A DNA stretch of 64,000 nucleotides. It comes from Candidatus Zhuqueibacterota bacterium (GTDB lineage: Bacteria; Electryoneota; RPQS01). Location of the stretch: positions 2,971 to 66,970 of the forward strand of contig JACRMR010000013.1 of NCBI GenBank assembly GCA_016214895.1. The letters run 5' to 3'. A model generated the notes under the pieces. The model worked only from the letters and a program-made list of their open reading frames with translations. It ran no database searches and was not told the origin of the DNA. This document shows positions 28,638 to 38,382 of the stretch, piece by piece (the first letter of the stretch is position 1; each line of letters opens with the position of its first letter). Both the position numbers and the translations under genes were made by a program.

Positions 28638-28662
28638 ACGGTGGACGATGTTCGTCCACCGT
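28638..28662 (+). promoter_or_regulatory. perfect 10-bp stem / 5-nt loop hairpin 18 nt upstream of the infA start
   Basis: acggtggacg-atgtt-cgtccaccgt, read directly from the sequence. It is followed by a ggaggg RBS and the GTG start. Confidence 0.5.
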
Positions 28663-28679
28663 GATGAACCAAGCGGAGG

Positions 28680-28904
28680 GTGCATACGTCCAAAGAACTG
28701 GCTATTAAGGTTGACGGCGTCATCGAGGAGTGTCTGCCCAATGCGACCTTCCGCGTCGTGCTCGAAAACGGCCACAAAGTACTGGCCCATATTTCCGGCA
28801 AGATGCGCATGCATTTCATCAAGATTCTCCCCGGCGATCGCGTGACTGTCGAGCTGTCGCCTTATGATCTCAATCGCGGACGAATCACCTACCGTTACAA
28901 GTAA
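28680..28904 (+). CDS. infA: translation initiation factor IF-1
   Basis: S1-like fold with [20 protein letters not shown]. Confidence 0.95.
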   Translation: MHTSKELAIKVDGVIEECLPNATFRVVLENGHKVLAHISGKMRMHFIKILPGDRVTVELSPYDLNRGRITYRYK

Positions 28905-28949
28905 GCATGCCGGATCCTTGCCGGATGCGCCGATCGAACCAGACCGACC

Positions 28950-29066
28950 ATGAAAGTCCGTACCTCCGTCAAGAAAATGTGTGAACATTGCCGCATCGTG
29001 CGCCGACACGGTCGGATCTATGTCATCTGCCCGCGCGTCAAGAAGCACAAACAACGCCAGGGCTGA
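28950..29066 (+). CDS. rpmJ: 50S ribosomal protein L36
   Basis: 38-aa ORF, below the ORF-track size cutoff, translated by eye as [38 protein letters not shown] with the C..C...C..H zinc ribbon. Confidence 0.9.
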   Translation: MKVRTSVKKMCEHCRIVRRHGRIYVICPRVKKHKQRQG

Positions 29067-29118
29067 CCCCACCCTTCAGAATTTGCTCCGCCTGATTCCC
29101 TTGAATTCATAGCAGACC

Positions 29119-29487
29119 ATGGCCCGAATTGCCGGAATTGATATCCCGCGAGATAAGCGCATCGAAGTTGCACTGACCTATGTCTACGGCATCGGCAGGC
29201 CTTCGGCTCAGAAAATCCTCACCCAAGCCGGTGTCGATTGGAACAAGCGCACCCATCAGCTCAACGACCAGGAACTCAACGCGATTCGCGCCTTGGTCGC
29301 CGAGCTCAAAGTGGAGGGGCCGTTGCGCTCGGAAATCCAATTGAACATCAAGCGCCTGATGGACATTGGGTGCTATCGCGGCATGCGCCACCGGCGCGGT
29401 CTGCCCGTGCGCGGTCAGAATACCAAGAATAACGCGCGCACCCGCAAAGGCAAGAAAAAAGGCACGCTCGTCAAGAAGAAGGGCTGA
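29119..29487 (+). CDS. rpsM: 30S ribosomal protein S13
   Basis: [26 protein letters not shown]: S13. Confidence 0.96.
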   Translation: MARIAGIDIPRDKRIEVALTYVYGIGRPSAQKILTQAGVDWNKRTHQLNDQELNAIRALVAELKVEGPLRSEIQLNIKRLMDIGCYRGMRHRRGLPVRGQNTKNNARTRKGKKKGTLVKKKG

Positions 29488-29567
29488 TCGGCACCGGCTC
29501 GCGCCGGCGTACGGCCCGTTGAATCTCCCGCTCCAGGCGGGGGTGAATACCCGGAGAACTACCAGCA

Positions 29568-29951
29568 GTGGCGAAAAAGGAAGTTAAGAAAAAGAAAGAA
29601 CGCGTCGAAGCGTCCGGCGTCGCGCACATCAAGTCGTCGTTCAACAACACGATTGTGACGATTACCGACAACTACGGCAACACGATTTCGTGGGCGTCGG
29701 CCGGCAAAATGGGCTTGCGCGGCTCGCGCAAGAACACGCCATTTGCCGCGCAGCTGGCCGCCGACAATGCCGCCAAAGCCGCGATGACGCTGGGACTGCG
29801 CAAGGTGACCGTGGAAGTTCGCGGACCGGGCGGAGGTCGCGACGGCGCGATCCGCGCACTGGCGGCCTCCGGTCTGCAGATCTCCGCGATTCGCGACGTG
29901 ACGCCGCTGCCGCACAATGGCTGCCGCCCGCCGAAACGGCGCCGGGTCTGA
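29568..29951 (+). CDS. rpsK: 30S ribosomal protein S11
   Basis: GTG start; [16 protein letters not shown]: S11. Confidence 0.95.
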   Translation: MAKKEVKKKKERVEASGVAHIKSSFNNTIVTITDNYGNTISWASAGKMGLRGSRKNTPFAAQLAADNAAKAAMTLGLRKVTVEVRGPGGGRDGAIRALAASGLQISAIRDVTPLPHNGCRPPKRRRV

Positions 29952-30025
29952 TTCCGCTTGTTGGCCGCTCGGGTTGCGAGCAATCGCGGTTCGGTCTAAG
30001 TTTGTTTTCTGAATCATAAAGGTCC

Positions 30026-30655
30026 ATGGCTCTTAATCACAATCCTGTCTGTCGAATCTGTCGCCGCGAAGGAAGAAAGCTCTTCCTGAAGGGAGACCGT
30101 TGCTCCGGTCCGAAATGCACCTTTGAGAAGAAGGGGTATGGCCCGGGACAGCACGGTCGTTCCCGGCGCGGCAAGGTCTCCGAGTACGGAGTACAGCTTC
30201 GCGAGAAGCAGAAGATTCGCGAGTCCTACGGGCTGCTGGAACGCCAGTTCCATCGCTTCTTCCGGGAAGCGCAGCGCCAAAAGGGCGTGACCGGCGAAAA
30301 CCTGATGGCGATGCTCGAGAGCCGTCTCGACAATGTCGTCTATCGGATCGGCTTCGCCAGTTCACGTCGCCAGGCCCGGCAGCTGGTCCGTCATCGCCAT
30401 TTCATGGTGAACGGGCGCATCGTGGACATCCCGTCCTACGTCCTTCAGCCCAGCGATCACGTTCGCGTCCGCGAACGGTCGAAGAAGCTGAATGTGATTC
30501 ACGACGCGATGCAAAAGTCTCGCGACGGCAAGCTCATGCCGAACTTGCAGCTCGATAAGGCGAAAATGGAGGGAATCTACTCGGCGCGGCCCAACCGCAA
30601 TGAGATCCCGCTTGACGTCAACGAGCAGCTTGTTGTTGAGCTTTACTCCCGATAA
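30026..30655 (+). CDS. rpsD: 30S ribosomal protein S4
   Basis: N-terminal CRICRREGRKLFLKGDRCSGPKC zinc motif and S4 domain. Confidence 0.95.
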   Translation: MALNHNPVCRICRREGRKLFLKGDRCSGPKCTFEKKGYGPGQHGRSRRGKVSEYGVQLREKQKIRESYGLLERQFHRFFREAQRQKGVTGENLMAMLESRLDNVVYRIGFASSRRQARQLVRHRHFMVNGRIVDIPSYVLQPSDHVRVRERSKKLNVIHDAMQKSRDGKLMPNLQLDKAKMEGIYSARPNRNEIPLDVNEQLVVELYSR

Positions 30656-30677
30656 TCTCACTTCCGCGAGGAGATCC

Positions 30678-31670
30678 ATGAACGGTTCGAATTTCCAGAT
30701 GCCCGAAGCGGTAGAGATCGATGAATCTACGCATACGGATACGTATGGTAAGTTTGTCATCCAGCCGCTCGAACGCGGCTATGGAGTGACCATTGGAAAC
30801 AGCTTGCGGCGCGTCCTGATCTCCTCGCTGCAGGGCGCCGCGATCGCCTCGATCAAGATCGACGGCGTGCTGCACGAATTCTCGACCATCCCCGGGGTCT
30901 CGGAAGACCTCACCGAAATGGTCTTGAACCTGAAGCAGGTGCGGTTCAAATTACTGAATAAGAAGCCGGACAAGATCGTCCTGCATCTGAAGGGACCCAA
31001 GGAATTCACGGCGCGGGACATTCAGGTCGGCAACAACGAGTTCGAAGTTCTGAATCCCGACCACCACATCGCATCGCTGAACCGCGACGCTGAAGTGAAA
31101 ATGGAGATTCAGGTCCGCAAGGGGCGTGGCTATGTACCGGCGGAGGAAAACCGCCCGGCCGACGCGCCGATCGGCACGATCCCGGTGGACAGCGTGTTCT
31201 CGCCGATCCGCAATGTTACCTACACCATCGAAAATACGCGCGTCGGTCAGCGTACCGACTATGAGAAGCTGATTCTCGAAATCTGGACCGACGGTTCGAT
31301 TACCCCGGATGACGCCCTGACCTTCGCCGCGCGCACGTTGCGCGATCATATCCAGCTCTTTATTAACTTCGATATCAAGCCGGAGAAGGAAGAGGAAGAG
31401 GATATCGACGAAGAGACGCTGCAAATCCGCAAACTCTTGCGGAAGCCGGTGGAGGAGCTGGAATTATCCGTGCGCAGCGCGAACTGCCTCAAGGAAGCGC
31501 GGATTCGCACGATCGCCGACCTGGTCCGGCGCGAAGAGCCGGAAATGCTCAAATTCAAGAACTTCGGCCGCAAGTCGCTCGTCGAGTTGACCGAAATCCT
31601 CAAGGGTAAGGGGCTGCATTTCGGCATGGATGTCGATCGCTACCTCAGCACCGATTACGACAAGAAGTAA
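30678..31670 (+). CDS. rpoA: DNA-directed RNA polymerase subunit alpha
   Basis: ATG at 30678 after a gaggag RBS; NTD and CTD (SVRSANCLK) homology. The ORF track extends this frame upstream to 30600. Confidence 0.95.
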   Translation: MNGSNFQMPEAVEIDESTHTDTYGKFVIQPLERGYGVTIGNSLRRVLISSLQGAAIASIKIDGVLHEFSTIPGVSEDLTEMVLNLKQVRFKLLNKKPDKIVLHLKGPKEFTARDIQVGNNEFEVLNPDHHIASLNRDAEVKMEIQVRKGRGYVPAEENRPADAPIGTIPVDSVFSPIRNVTYTIENTRVGQRTDYEKLILEIWTDGSITPDDALTFAARTLRDHIQLFINFDIKPEKEEEEDIDEETLQIRKLLRKPVEELELSVRSANCLKEARIRTIADLVRREEPEMLKFKNFGRKSLVELTEILKGKGLHFGMDVDRYLSTDYDKK

Positions 31671-31687
31671 ATTCCGACTGAATTCCC

Positions 31688-32260
31688 ATGAGACATCAAG
31701 ATAGAGGCCGCAGCCTCAGCCGCTCCCCCGCGCATCGTAAGGCGCTGCTCTGCAATCTGGCGCAGGAGCTGTTCCAGCATAAGCGGATTCATACCACGCT
31801 GACCAAGGCCAAAGAGTTGCGCCCATTTGCCGAGCGCTTGGTGACGCATGCGAAAAAGGCCGATCTGGCCGCTCGCCGCCGCGTCGCTATGTACCTCACG
31901 CGCAAGGCCGTGATCAAGAGCCTGTTCGATGAAATTGCACTGACATTCGCCGATCGTAATGGCGGCTACACGCGGATCATCAAACTTGGCAATCGACATG
32001 GCGACAACGCCCCGACGGCGATCATTGAACTGGTCGGGTTTGAGGGAGTCTTAGCCGCAAAGTCAACCGCTAGCGAATCCGACGCCGCGAAGGGCGCAAA
32101 GAAGACCGCTGCGAAGGCCAAGACAGGCAAGGCCAGGCAAGGAGCCGGAGATGCCAAGGCGGCGAAAGCCGTGAAGGGCGCCAAGGGCGGGGCCGCTCAC
32201 ACGCGTCGCGCGACAAAGGCTCCAGCCAAGAGTGGCAAGGCCGGCGGCAGGGGCGAATAG
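31688..32260 (+). CDS. rplQ: 50S ribosomal protein L17 with ~70-aa Ala/Lys/Gly-rich C-terminal extension
   Basis: L17 core [20 protein letters not shown]..., then the tail [19 protein letters not shown]...[10 protein letters not shown]. Confidence 0.93.
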   Translation: MRHQDRGRSLSRSPAHRKALLCNLAQELFQHKRIHTTLTKAKELRPFAERLVTHAKKADLAARRRVAMYLTRKAVIKSLFDEIALTFADRNGGYTRIIKLGNRHGDNAPTAIIELVGFEGVLAAKSTASESDAAKGAKKTAAKAKTGKARQGAGDAKAAKAVKGAKGGAAHTRRATKAPAKSGKAGGRGE

Positions 32261-32292
32261 AATCCGCGTCTGTATCTGACTGTTATTACAAG

Positions 32293-32322
32293 GGCCATGT
32301 CGTGCGACATGGCCTTTTTGTT
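32293..32322 (+). terminator. rho-independent terminator closing the alpha operon
   Basis: ggccatgtcg-tg-cgacatggcc (10-bp perfect stem) followed by tttttgtt. Confidence 0.85.
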
Positions 32323-32465
32323 GCGCCGCGGAATTGATTTTCCCTGACGAAGTGGGTATATTGAGATTGGGGGAAAGTGGGGGCTCGCCACCATCCGTGC
32401 ATTCAATGATAATACCTCTCCATCGTAGCGATTGCGGGGAATGCCCGAAGAATCGGATCCGATCA

Positions 32466-34117
32466 TGATTGAAATCCCGAAGACACCAACTGGGCCACAG
32501 ATCTCCTGTAAGGGCTGGGCTCAGGAAGCAGCCTTGCGAATGCTGCTCAATAACCTTGATCCTGCCGTGGCCGAGGACCGGGAGAGCCTCGTCGTCTATG
32601 GCGGTACCGGGAAAGCCGCTCGTTCGCGTGAAGCCCTCGCGGCGATCCTGAACTGCTTACTCAAACTGGAAAACGATCAGACTTTGCTTGTGCAATCGGG
32701 GAAGCCGGTGGGCGTGGTCCGCACGCATCCCGAAGCGCCGAGAGTTCTGATTGCTAACTCCAATCTCGTGGGGCAGTGGGCGACGTGGGACTATTTCCAC
32801 GAGCTGGAGGCAAAAGGGCTGATCATGTACGGCCAAATGACCGCCGGTTCGTGGATCTATATCGGCACCCAGGGCATCCTGCAAGGAACGTACGAGACCT
32901 TCGCGGCCGCAGCGCGCAAGCATTTCGGCGGGACGTTGGCTGGGACCTGGACGCTCACGGGCGGACTCGGGGGGATGGGAGGTGCACAGCCCCTCGCGGT
33001 CACGCTGAACGGCGGTGTGGCCTTGTGCGTTGAGGTCGATCAACAGCGCATCGAACGCCGCGTCGAAATCGGCTACTGCGATCGCTGGACGGCGACGCTT
33101 GATGAAGCGATGGAATGGGTGCACACTGCCGTCCGTGAACGGCGCGCGCTGTCCGTTGGCCTGCTCGGTAACTGCGCCGATGTGTTGCCGGAACTCCTCA
33201 AGCGAAACGAGCTTCCGCAGCTGGTGACCGACCAGACTTCGGCGCATGACGAGTTGAATGGGTATATTCCGAACGGCATTTCGTATCAGCTTGCACTGGG
33301 ATTGCGCAAGAGCGATCCGCGGGATTACATCCGCCGGAGCATGAAGTCGATGGCTGAACACTGCGAGGCGATTGTCGCGATGCAGCGGCGCGGCGCGGTG
33401 GCTTTCGACTACGGCAATAACCTGCGCGGCAAGGCGTTGCAAGCCGGATATGCCGACGCCTTCGCCTATCCCGGTTTCGTTCCGGCCTACATTCGACCGC
33501 TGTTCTGCGAGGGCAAGGGGCCGTTCCGCTGGGCGGCACTTTCGGGAGATGCCGCCGACATCCGTACCACTGACGAAGCAGCGCTGCGCCTGTTTCCAGA
33601 TGACGCGGGCCTCACCCGGTGGATCCGTGAAGCGGCACCCCGGATTCCCGTTCAGGGACTCCCGGCGCGAATTTGCTGGCTCGGGCAGGGTGCGCGCGCG
33701 AAAATGGGGCTCGCGATCAATGAGCTGGTGCGCACAGGCAAGTTGAAAGCGCCGATCGTGATCGGTCGCGATCATCTCGATTGCGGCTCGGTGGCTTCGC
33801 CGTATCGCGAAACCGAAGCGATGAAAGACGGTTCCGATGCCATCGCTGACTGGCCGATTCTGAATGCGCTGGTCAGTACGGCCAGCGGAGCGTCGTGGGT
33901 GAGCTTTCATCACGGCGGAGGTGTTGGCATCGGCGCATCGCTGCACGCGGGTCAGGTGATCGTAGCCGACGGCACGGATGCGGCCGCGGCCCGGCTGGAA
34001 CGCGTGCTGACCAACGATCCCGCGATGGGCGTCTTCCGGCATCACGACGCGGGCTATGCCGGGGCGACGGCAACCGCAAAAACTCAGAATGTGTTAATCC
34101 CCGGACTGAATTTCTAA
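32466..34117 (+). CDS. hutU: urocanate hydratase
   Basis: End-to-end urocanase homology ([38 protein letters not shown]). ATG at 32466; the ORF-track alternative start is 32432. Confidence 0.93.
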
Positions 34118-34906
34118 ATGACCATGTCATACGAAAATCTGATTCTGCAAATCGACGGCGCGGTCGCGACCGTGACCGTGAATCGACCGAAAACGCTGAA
34201 CGCGCTCAATATTGCGACCGTGCGCGAACTGCATGACTGCTTTCAATCACTGGGCGACAACGACGCTGTCGGTGCCATCATTATGACCGGGGCCGGTGAG
34301 AAATCGTTCGTATCCGGCGCTGATATTCAGGAAATCCGTGAACTTGATGTGATTTCCGGTAAGGAGTTTGCTGATCGTGGCAACAAGCTATACTCCCGGA
34401 TTGAGAAATTCCAAATCCCTGTAATTGCTGCTGTTAACGGTTATGCGCTCGGTGGAGGCTGTGAATTAGCGATGGCCTGTCATTTGCGCGTCGCTGCGGA
34501 GAACGCCAAGTTCGGACAACCGGAGATCAACTTGGGGATTATTCCGGGTTACGGCGGCACTCAGCGTCTCCCGCGGTTGATTGGCCGGGGGAAGGCTCTT
34601 GAACTGCTCTTGACCGGCCGCGTCATCCCCGCGTCTGAGGCCTTGAACATTGGCCTCGTGAATTCGGTCGTCCCGCAGGCAGACTTGATGACCGTCGTAC
34701 GCAAGCTGGCGGAGGAGCTCGCGGCGAAGCCACGACGCGCGGCGGCAGCGATCTTGAACGCCGTCGAGAATGGACTGCAGTTGGGACTGGACATGGGGTT
34801 GCGCGTTGAGGAAAGCTGGTTCGCGTACTGCTGTGGGACCGAAGACAAGAATGAAGGTACCGCAGCATTCCTGGAGAAACGCAAAGCCGTATTCACGGGC
34901 AGGTGA
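34118..34906 (+). CDS. enoyl-CoA hydratase/isomerase (crotonase) family protein
   Basis: Crotonase-fold signatures (FVSGADIQE..., LGGGCELAMACHLRVAA, GIIPGYGGTQRL). The ATG immediately follows the hutU stop. Confidence 0.85.
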   Translation: MTMSYENLILQIDGAVATVTVNRPKTLNALNIATVRELHDCFQSLGDNDAVGAIIMTGAGEKSFVSGADIQEIRELDVISGKEFADRGNKLYSRIEKFQIPVIAAVNGYALGGGCELAMACHLRVAAENAKFGQPEINLGIIPGYGGTQRLPRLIGRGKALELLLTGRVIPASEALNIGLVNSVVPQADLMTVVRKLAEELAAKPRRAAAAILNAVENGLQLGLDMGLRVEESWFAYCCGTEDKNEGTAAFLEKRKAVFTGR

Positions 34907-34912
34907 GCAGCC

Positions 34913-36172
34913 GTGCCCGACTTATTCGTACATAATATCGGCCTGCTGGCAACACCGCTCATGGCCGATCGTCAACGGACTGAGCGGTTCGTGCTGGAGC
35001 GGCGGAATGCCGCGATTCTCGTGCGCGAGGGGAGAATAGTCGAGATCGGCCCGGAGCGGGAGCTGGAGTCGCGCATGCCGGCGGACTGTCCGCGATTCAA
35101 CGCTGACGGATGCCTGGCCACACCCGGATTGATCGACTGCCACACCCACCCCGTGTTCACGGGCAATCGCGCCGACGAGTTCCACATGCGCAATGCGGGA
35201 CGGTCGTATCAGGAAATCGCCGTAGCCGGCGGCGGAATTCAGGCAACCGCGCGAAAAGTGCGCGCGGCTGCGGTGGACCAGATTGTGAAAGAATCGCTGC
35301 CGCGTTTCGATCGGTCGCTCGCCGCGGGCGTAACGACCATCGAAGCAAAATCCGGCTACGGACTGGACTGGGACGGCGAGGCGAAGCTGCTGCGCGCGCT
35401 CGAACTCATCAGTCTGCAGACTCCGCAGCGCATGCACAAGACGTTTCTGATTCATGCGGTTCCGGAAGCGATGGAGGGACAACGCGAGCGCTTTCTTGAT
35501 GAGGTTGCTGCCGAGATGATTCCGCGCGTGGCCGAGCTGAAGCTCGCTTCGGCGGCCGATGTCTTCTGCGAGCAGGGCGCATTCTCCGTCGATGAATCGC
35601 GCAGGATGCTGCGCGCCGCACTGGACCATGGACTTCAAGTTGCGGTGCACGCCAACCAATTCGGACACTCGGGCGGCGCGCTGCTGGCCGCGGAGCTCGG
35701 AGCCAGAAGTGCGGACCACTTGGAGTACCTGAACGACCAGGAAATCACGGCACTGGCGAAGGCCAACGTCTGCGCGGTCATGTTGCCCGCGAGTGTGTTC
35801 TTTCTGGGAACGCTGCCCTACCCGCCGGCGCGAAAGTTGATTGAGCAGGGTGCGCGGGTTGCGATTGCCACGGACATGAATCCAGGCTCGGCCATGACCG
35901 AATCGATGCCGTTCTGCATGACGGCCGCCGCGATCTATGCGAAAATGAACCCGGCGGAGTTGTTGTGGGCGGTCACCCTCGATGCGGCGGCGGCACTGCG
36001 CGCCGACAGCGACGTGGGGTCGCTGGAGGCCGGCAAGGCGGCGGACATCTGCCTCTGGCGGGCACCGGACCTGAATTCACTGTCCTATCATCTCGGCGAT
36101 TTCCGCGCATTCACCGTTATTATCGGCGGTGAACTGGCGTGGGAGGATCGCGATGCGACGGCAAGATATTAG
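34913..36172 (+). CDS. hutI: imidazolonepropionase
   Basis: Amidohydrolase with HutI homology (LIDCHTHPVFTGNRADEF, VHANQFGHSGG). Confidence 0.9.
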   Translation: MPDLFVHNIGLLATPLMADRQRTERFVLERRNAAILVREGRIVEIGPERELESRMPADCPRFNADGCLATPGLIDCHTHPVFTGNRADEFHMRNAGRSYQEIAVAGGGIQATARKVRAAAVDQIVKESLPRFDRSLAAGVTTIEAKSGYGLDWDGEAKLLRALELISLQTPQRMHKTFLIHAVPEAMEGQRERFLDEVAAEMIPRVAELKLASAADVFCEQGAFSVDESRRMLRAALDHGLQVAVHANQFGHSGGALLAAELGARSADHLEYLNDQEITALAKANVCAVMLPASVFFLGTLPYPPARKLIEQGARVAIATDMNPGSAMTESMPFCMTAAAIYAKMNPAELLWAVTLDAAAALRADSDVGSLEAGKAADICLWRAPDLNSLSYHLGDFRAFTVIIGGELAWEDRDATARY

Positions 36173-36989
36173 TGTCGGAACGTCGGGGTGGAAATTCGAC
36201 GATTGGGCCGGGACGTTTTATCCGCTGCGGGTCCCCCGGTCGAAGTGGCTCGAATTCTATGCCGCCCGGTTTCCCGTCGGCGAGATCAACAGCACGTACT
36301 ATCGCATCGCGGGACGCGCGACTTACGCGGGCATCGCGGGCAAGACGCCGGCGGGGTTTCGGCTCTTCGCGAAAGTGCATGGTGATGTGACGCACTCCCG
36401 AAGCGAGCCCGCGGAATCGATGCGCGCATTGCTGGGCGGACTCGCACCGCTCACGGAGCGCGGGAAATTGCTCGGATTGCTGGCGCAGTTTCCCGCTGCA
36501 TTCCAGCGATCAGATTCCAACATCGACTACTTGCTGCGCGTGCGCGACTTGTGCGCGAGTCGGTCACTGTACGTGGAGTTCAGACATCGCAGTTGGGATT
36601 GCGACGGCGTTCGAGCCACGCTGCGTGACGAGGGCGTGAGCTGGGTCAGCCCCGACGAGCCGCAATTGGAAAGCCTGATGCCTCCCGCATTGCATGTGAC
36701 GGGGGACTATGCGTACGTGCGGTTGCACGGTCGGAATGCGCGGGCATGGAACGACCGTACGGCGGGCGACCGGTATGATTACAACTACAGCGTTGACGAA
36801 TTGGTATCGGTTGGGCAGAAGTTGCTCGGCCTGCCGGACTCTGTCAAGCGGGCATTTGTCCTGTTTAACAATTGTTATCATGGTCAGGCGGCAACGAACG
36901 CGATTTGGTTGCAGCGATGGTTAGGCGACACGAACCACGAGGACGATTCGGCGAGCGAGAATGGACTCCATCTATTCACTGATTCATAG
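36153..36989 (+). CDS. DUF72 (YecE-like) family protein
   Basis: DUF72-like sequence (FYPLRVPRSKWLEFYAARFPVGEINSTYY, YVRLHGRN). ATG at 36153 after a gggagga RBS, overlapping the hutI 3' end by 20 nt. Confidence 0.7.
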   Translation: MRRQDISVGTSGWKFDDWAGTFYPLRVPRSKWLEFYAARFPVGEINSTYYRIAGRATYAGIAGKTPAGFRLFAKVHGDVTHSRSEPAESMRALLGGLAPLTERGKLLGLLAQFPAAFQRSDSNIDYLLRVRDLCASRSLYVEFRHRSWDCDGVRATLRDEGVSWVSPDEPQLESLMPPALHVTGDYAYVRLHGRNARAWNDRTAGDRYDYNYSVDELVSVGQKLLGLPDSVKRAFVLFNNCYHGQAATNAIWLQRWLGDTNHEDDSASENGLHLFTDS

Positions 36990-38382
36990 CTCGCAACATC
37001 GCGAGGCCTGGCGGCGGTTTCGATTGCCGACGGAGGATTGGCAGATTCTGAACAGCCACCTCCGTTCGCGATCAGCGAATCCGACGCTGCCACGGCTGCC
37101 CTATCCGTTGGAAGGGTACGTCAGCGCCGCGCCGGGTCCGCACGAATTCGCTTGCGTCGCTGAACCCGCGATCATGTCTCCCGGACCGTTTCGCGAAGCG
37201 GCGTTGCAACATTCGATTGCACTCACGACGCAACGCGATGCGGTGGACTCCTGCCGGGCGTGGTTTGGCTTGAGTGTCGAGTCGGCGCCGATGGACGCCG
37301 CGGACAACGCCTGGGCGCAACTCGCGCTGATCGACGCGGCCGAACGGACGGCGCTGACCGAGCTGGAAGCGAGGGTGATGCGTGCGGTCAGACTCGCCGA
37401 TGTGATGGACCTCGAAGGCGAGCCGCTGTTCCTATCGCTGAGCAAAATGGTTCAGCATCTATTCGCCCCGACCTATCTGGAGATTCAGCCGGACCTCTCG
37501 TCCGATTTCTGGTCGGAGCGCGACGGGGAGTGGGTCTGGCATGAGCCGAAAGATCTGCCGCAGGAGGCGGCAACCGAGCTCGTGCCACGACACAAATTGG
37601 CGCTCTATCGCCGCAATCGGATCTCGCTCATCGATGAGTGTGCGACCGCGGCGGAGTTTACGCGAGGAAAAGAGCTGCACGACCGGGGATACGTGTTCGC
37701 CGTGTTGGTGCCGCTGGTGCGCAACGACCGCCGCCTCGGTGTGCTCAAGCTGCTGTATGCCTCGCCGCTTACCATTTTACCGGTCGAACTCGATGCGCTG
37801 GAACTGTTCCGCGCCGAATTTTCAACCGTCTTCGACTGCTGCAGCAAGTTCTCGCGCACACAGCGACTCGCCACGATCGACGGGTTGACGCAGTTGTTTA
37901 ATCATCGCTTTTTGCGGGAACAACTGCGCACGGAATTCCAGCGCGCGAAGCGCTACAAGAAGATGATGACGTTCGTCATGATTGATATCGACGACTTCAA
38001 GACCTACAACGATACTTATGGCCATCTGGCCGGAGACCGGGTGTTGGCCGAGGTGGCGGCGACGATCCGCTCGTCCGTGCGCGACATTGACTTTGTGGCC
38101 CGCTACGGCGGCGAGGAGTTCGCGCTGATTCTGCCCGAGATCACTGCGGAGAACGGATTGATTGTGGCCGACAAAATTCGCAAGGCGATCGAAGCCCGTT
38201 CGCTGGTGACTGAGGAAGGCGAGTCGATGGGTGCAATCACGGTGTCGTGCGGAGTCACCGACAACCGCGATGCGGCGGCTCCGGAAGATCTCATCTCCGG
38301 CGCCGATCGCGCGCTCTACTGGGTGAAGCGACACGGAAGAAACCTGGTCAAGTTAGCAAATGTCGAATCGCAAGCGATCTGA
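36961..38382 (+). CDS. GGDEF-domain diguanylate cyclase with ~300-aa N-terminal (GAF-like?) sensor region
   Basis: C-terminal GGDEF domain with an intact active site (RYGGEEFALIL) and conserved FVMIDIDDFKTYND. Start uncertain. Confidence 0.85.
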   Translation: MDSIYSLIHSSQHREAWRRFRLPTEDWQILNSHLRSRSANPTLPRLPYPLEGYVSAAPGPHEFACVAEPAIMSPGPFREAALQHSIALTTQRDAVDSCRAWFGLSVESAPMDAADNAWAQLALIDAAERTALTELEARVMRAVRLADVMDLEGEPLFLSLSKMVQHLFAPTYLEIQPDLSSDFWSERDGEWVWHEPKDLPQEAATELVPRHKLALYRRNRISLIDECATAAEFTRGKELHDRGYVFAVLVPLVRNDRRLGVLKLLYASPLTILPVELDALELFRAEFSTVFDCCSKFSRTQRLATIDGLTQLFNHRFLREQLRTEFQRAKRYKKMMTFVMIDIDDFKTYNDTYGHLAGDRVLAEVAATIRSSVRDIDFVARYGGEEFALILPEITAENGLIVADKIRKAIEARSLVTEEGESMGAITVSCGVTDNRDAAAPEDLISGADRALYWVKRHGRNLVKLANVESQAI

